From Utricularia gibba (taxonomy: Eukaryota > Plantae > Magnoliophyta), in assembly GCA_002189035.1 (NCBI GenBank), contig NEEC01000015.1, positions 1,860,001 through 1,924,000 on the forward strand: a stretch of 64,000 nucleotides of DNA, written 5' to 3'. A program made the translations under genes and the position numbers. Positions 63,690-64,000 of the stretch are shown here, piece by piece. Every line of letters starts with the position of its first letter. The first letter of the stretch is position 1. The notes under the pieces were generated by a model. That model was not told the origin of the DNA. It ran no database searches and saw only the letters and a list, made by a program, of their open reading frames with translations.

Positions 63690-64000
63690 ATGGCCGCAAC
63701 CTTGGATGTTTATGATCCTTACAAAGAAGAGCTTCTTATTATGCAGAAGGCCCTTCAACCTTTTATGAAAACGTCTGCTTCACATCCTACTTGGTCTCAT
63801 GGCTAACTCAAAATCTGAAGCCGCTGTCTGTAACCCATTATTCTTGGATCCCCTTACGCAGTGTCAGGCTGTTGGCATCCATCCATCCCTCAGTTTCAGC
63901 TCCAGCAACGGATTCCCAATCAAAAGACACAGAAACGGGTGAGGCTTTTCAGGGGAGCGAGGGCGGCATAGCCCCTGGGGGCAATGGGTGGCTGAGATCC
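63690..64000 (+). pseudogene. Decayed RAP2.4/DREB A-6-like AP2/ERF gene, truncated by the window end
   Basis: MAATLDVYDPYKEELLIMQKALQPFMK resembles the A-6 N-terminal motif. In-frame stops follow at 63804, 63816 and 63831. A frameshifted AP2 start reads RLFRGAR..WGQWVAEI, against the consensus KLYRGVRQRHWGKWVAEIR. Confidence 0.7.

Overview
Gene-dense eudicot plant nuclear DNA. I annotated 27 protein-coding genes, one pseudogene and one U14 snoRNA in 64 kb; many introns are only 60-110 nt and intergenic spacers are short. This fits a very compact genome such as Lentibulariaceae, but the taxon is inference only. Genes in order: TL15-like pentapeptide protein (3' part), CDC5, PPCK, cyclophilin, AHL, intronless CCA-adding enzyme, MYCBP-like, SWC2, GDSL lipase, intronless ethanolamine/choline kinase, a head-to-head GA3ox/GA20ox pair, GUX, G3P permease, RING-H2, SR45a, NTPCR-like NTPase, U14 snoRNA, DUF3511, PPR-E, CCT6, CYP96A, TGA bZIP, an acidic NLS protein, a small conserved protein, FKBP16-4, SOSEKI, Ole e 1 family, and a decayed RAP2.4-like ERF. 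Best leads: (1) the divergent GA20ox-GA3ox pair, which encodes the last two steps of bioactive gibberellin synthesis across a ~745 bp spacer; (2) a probable polycistronic snoRNA unit ending in U14; (3) complete intron loss from the CDS of two normally intron-rich genes. Caveat: about 11 single-base deletions, nearly all in short homopolymers, break reading frames across the window. They look like long-read consensus errors, so these genes should not be called pseudogenes without read data. Exon coordinates were read by eye and may be off by a base or two. No CRISPR array, rRNA, tRNA or intact transposon was seen.
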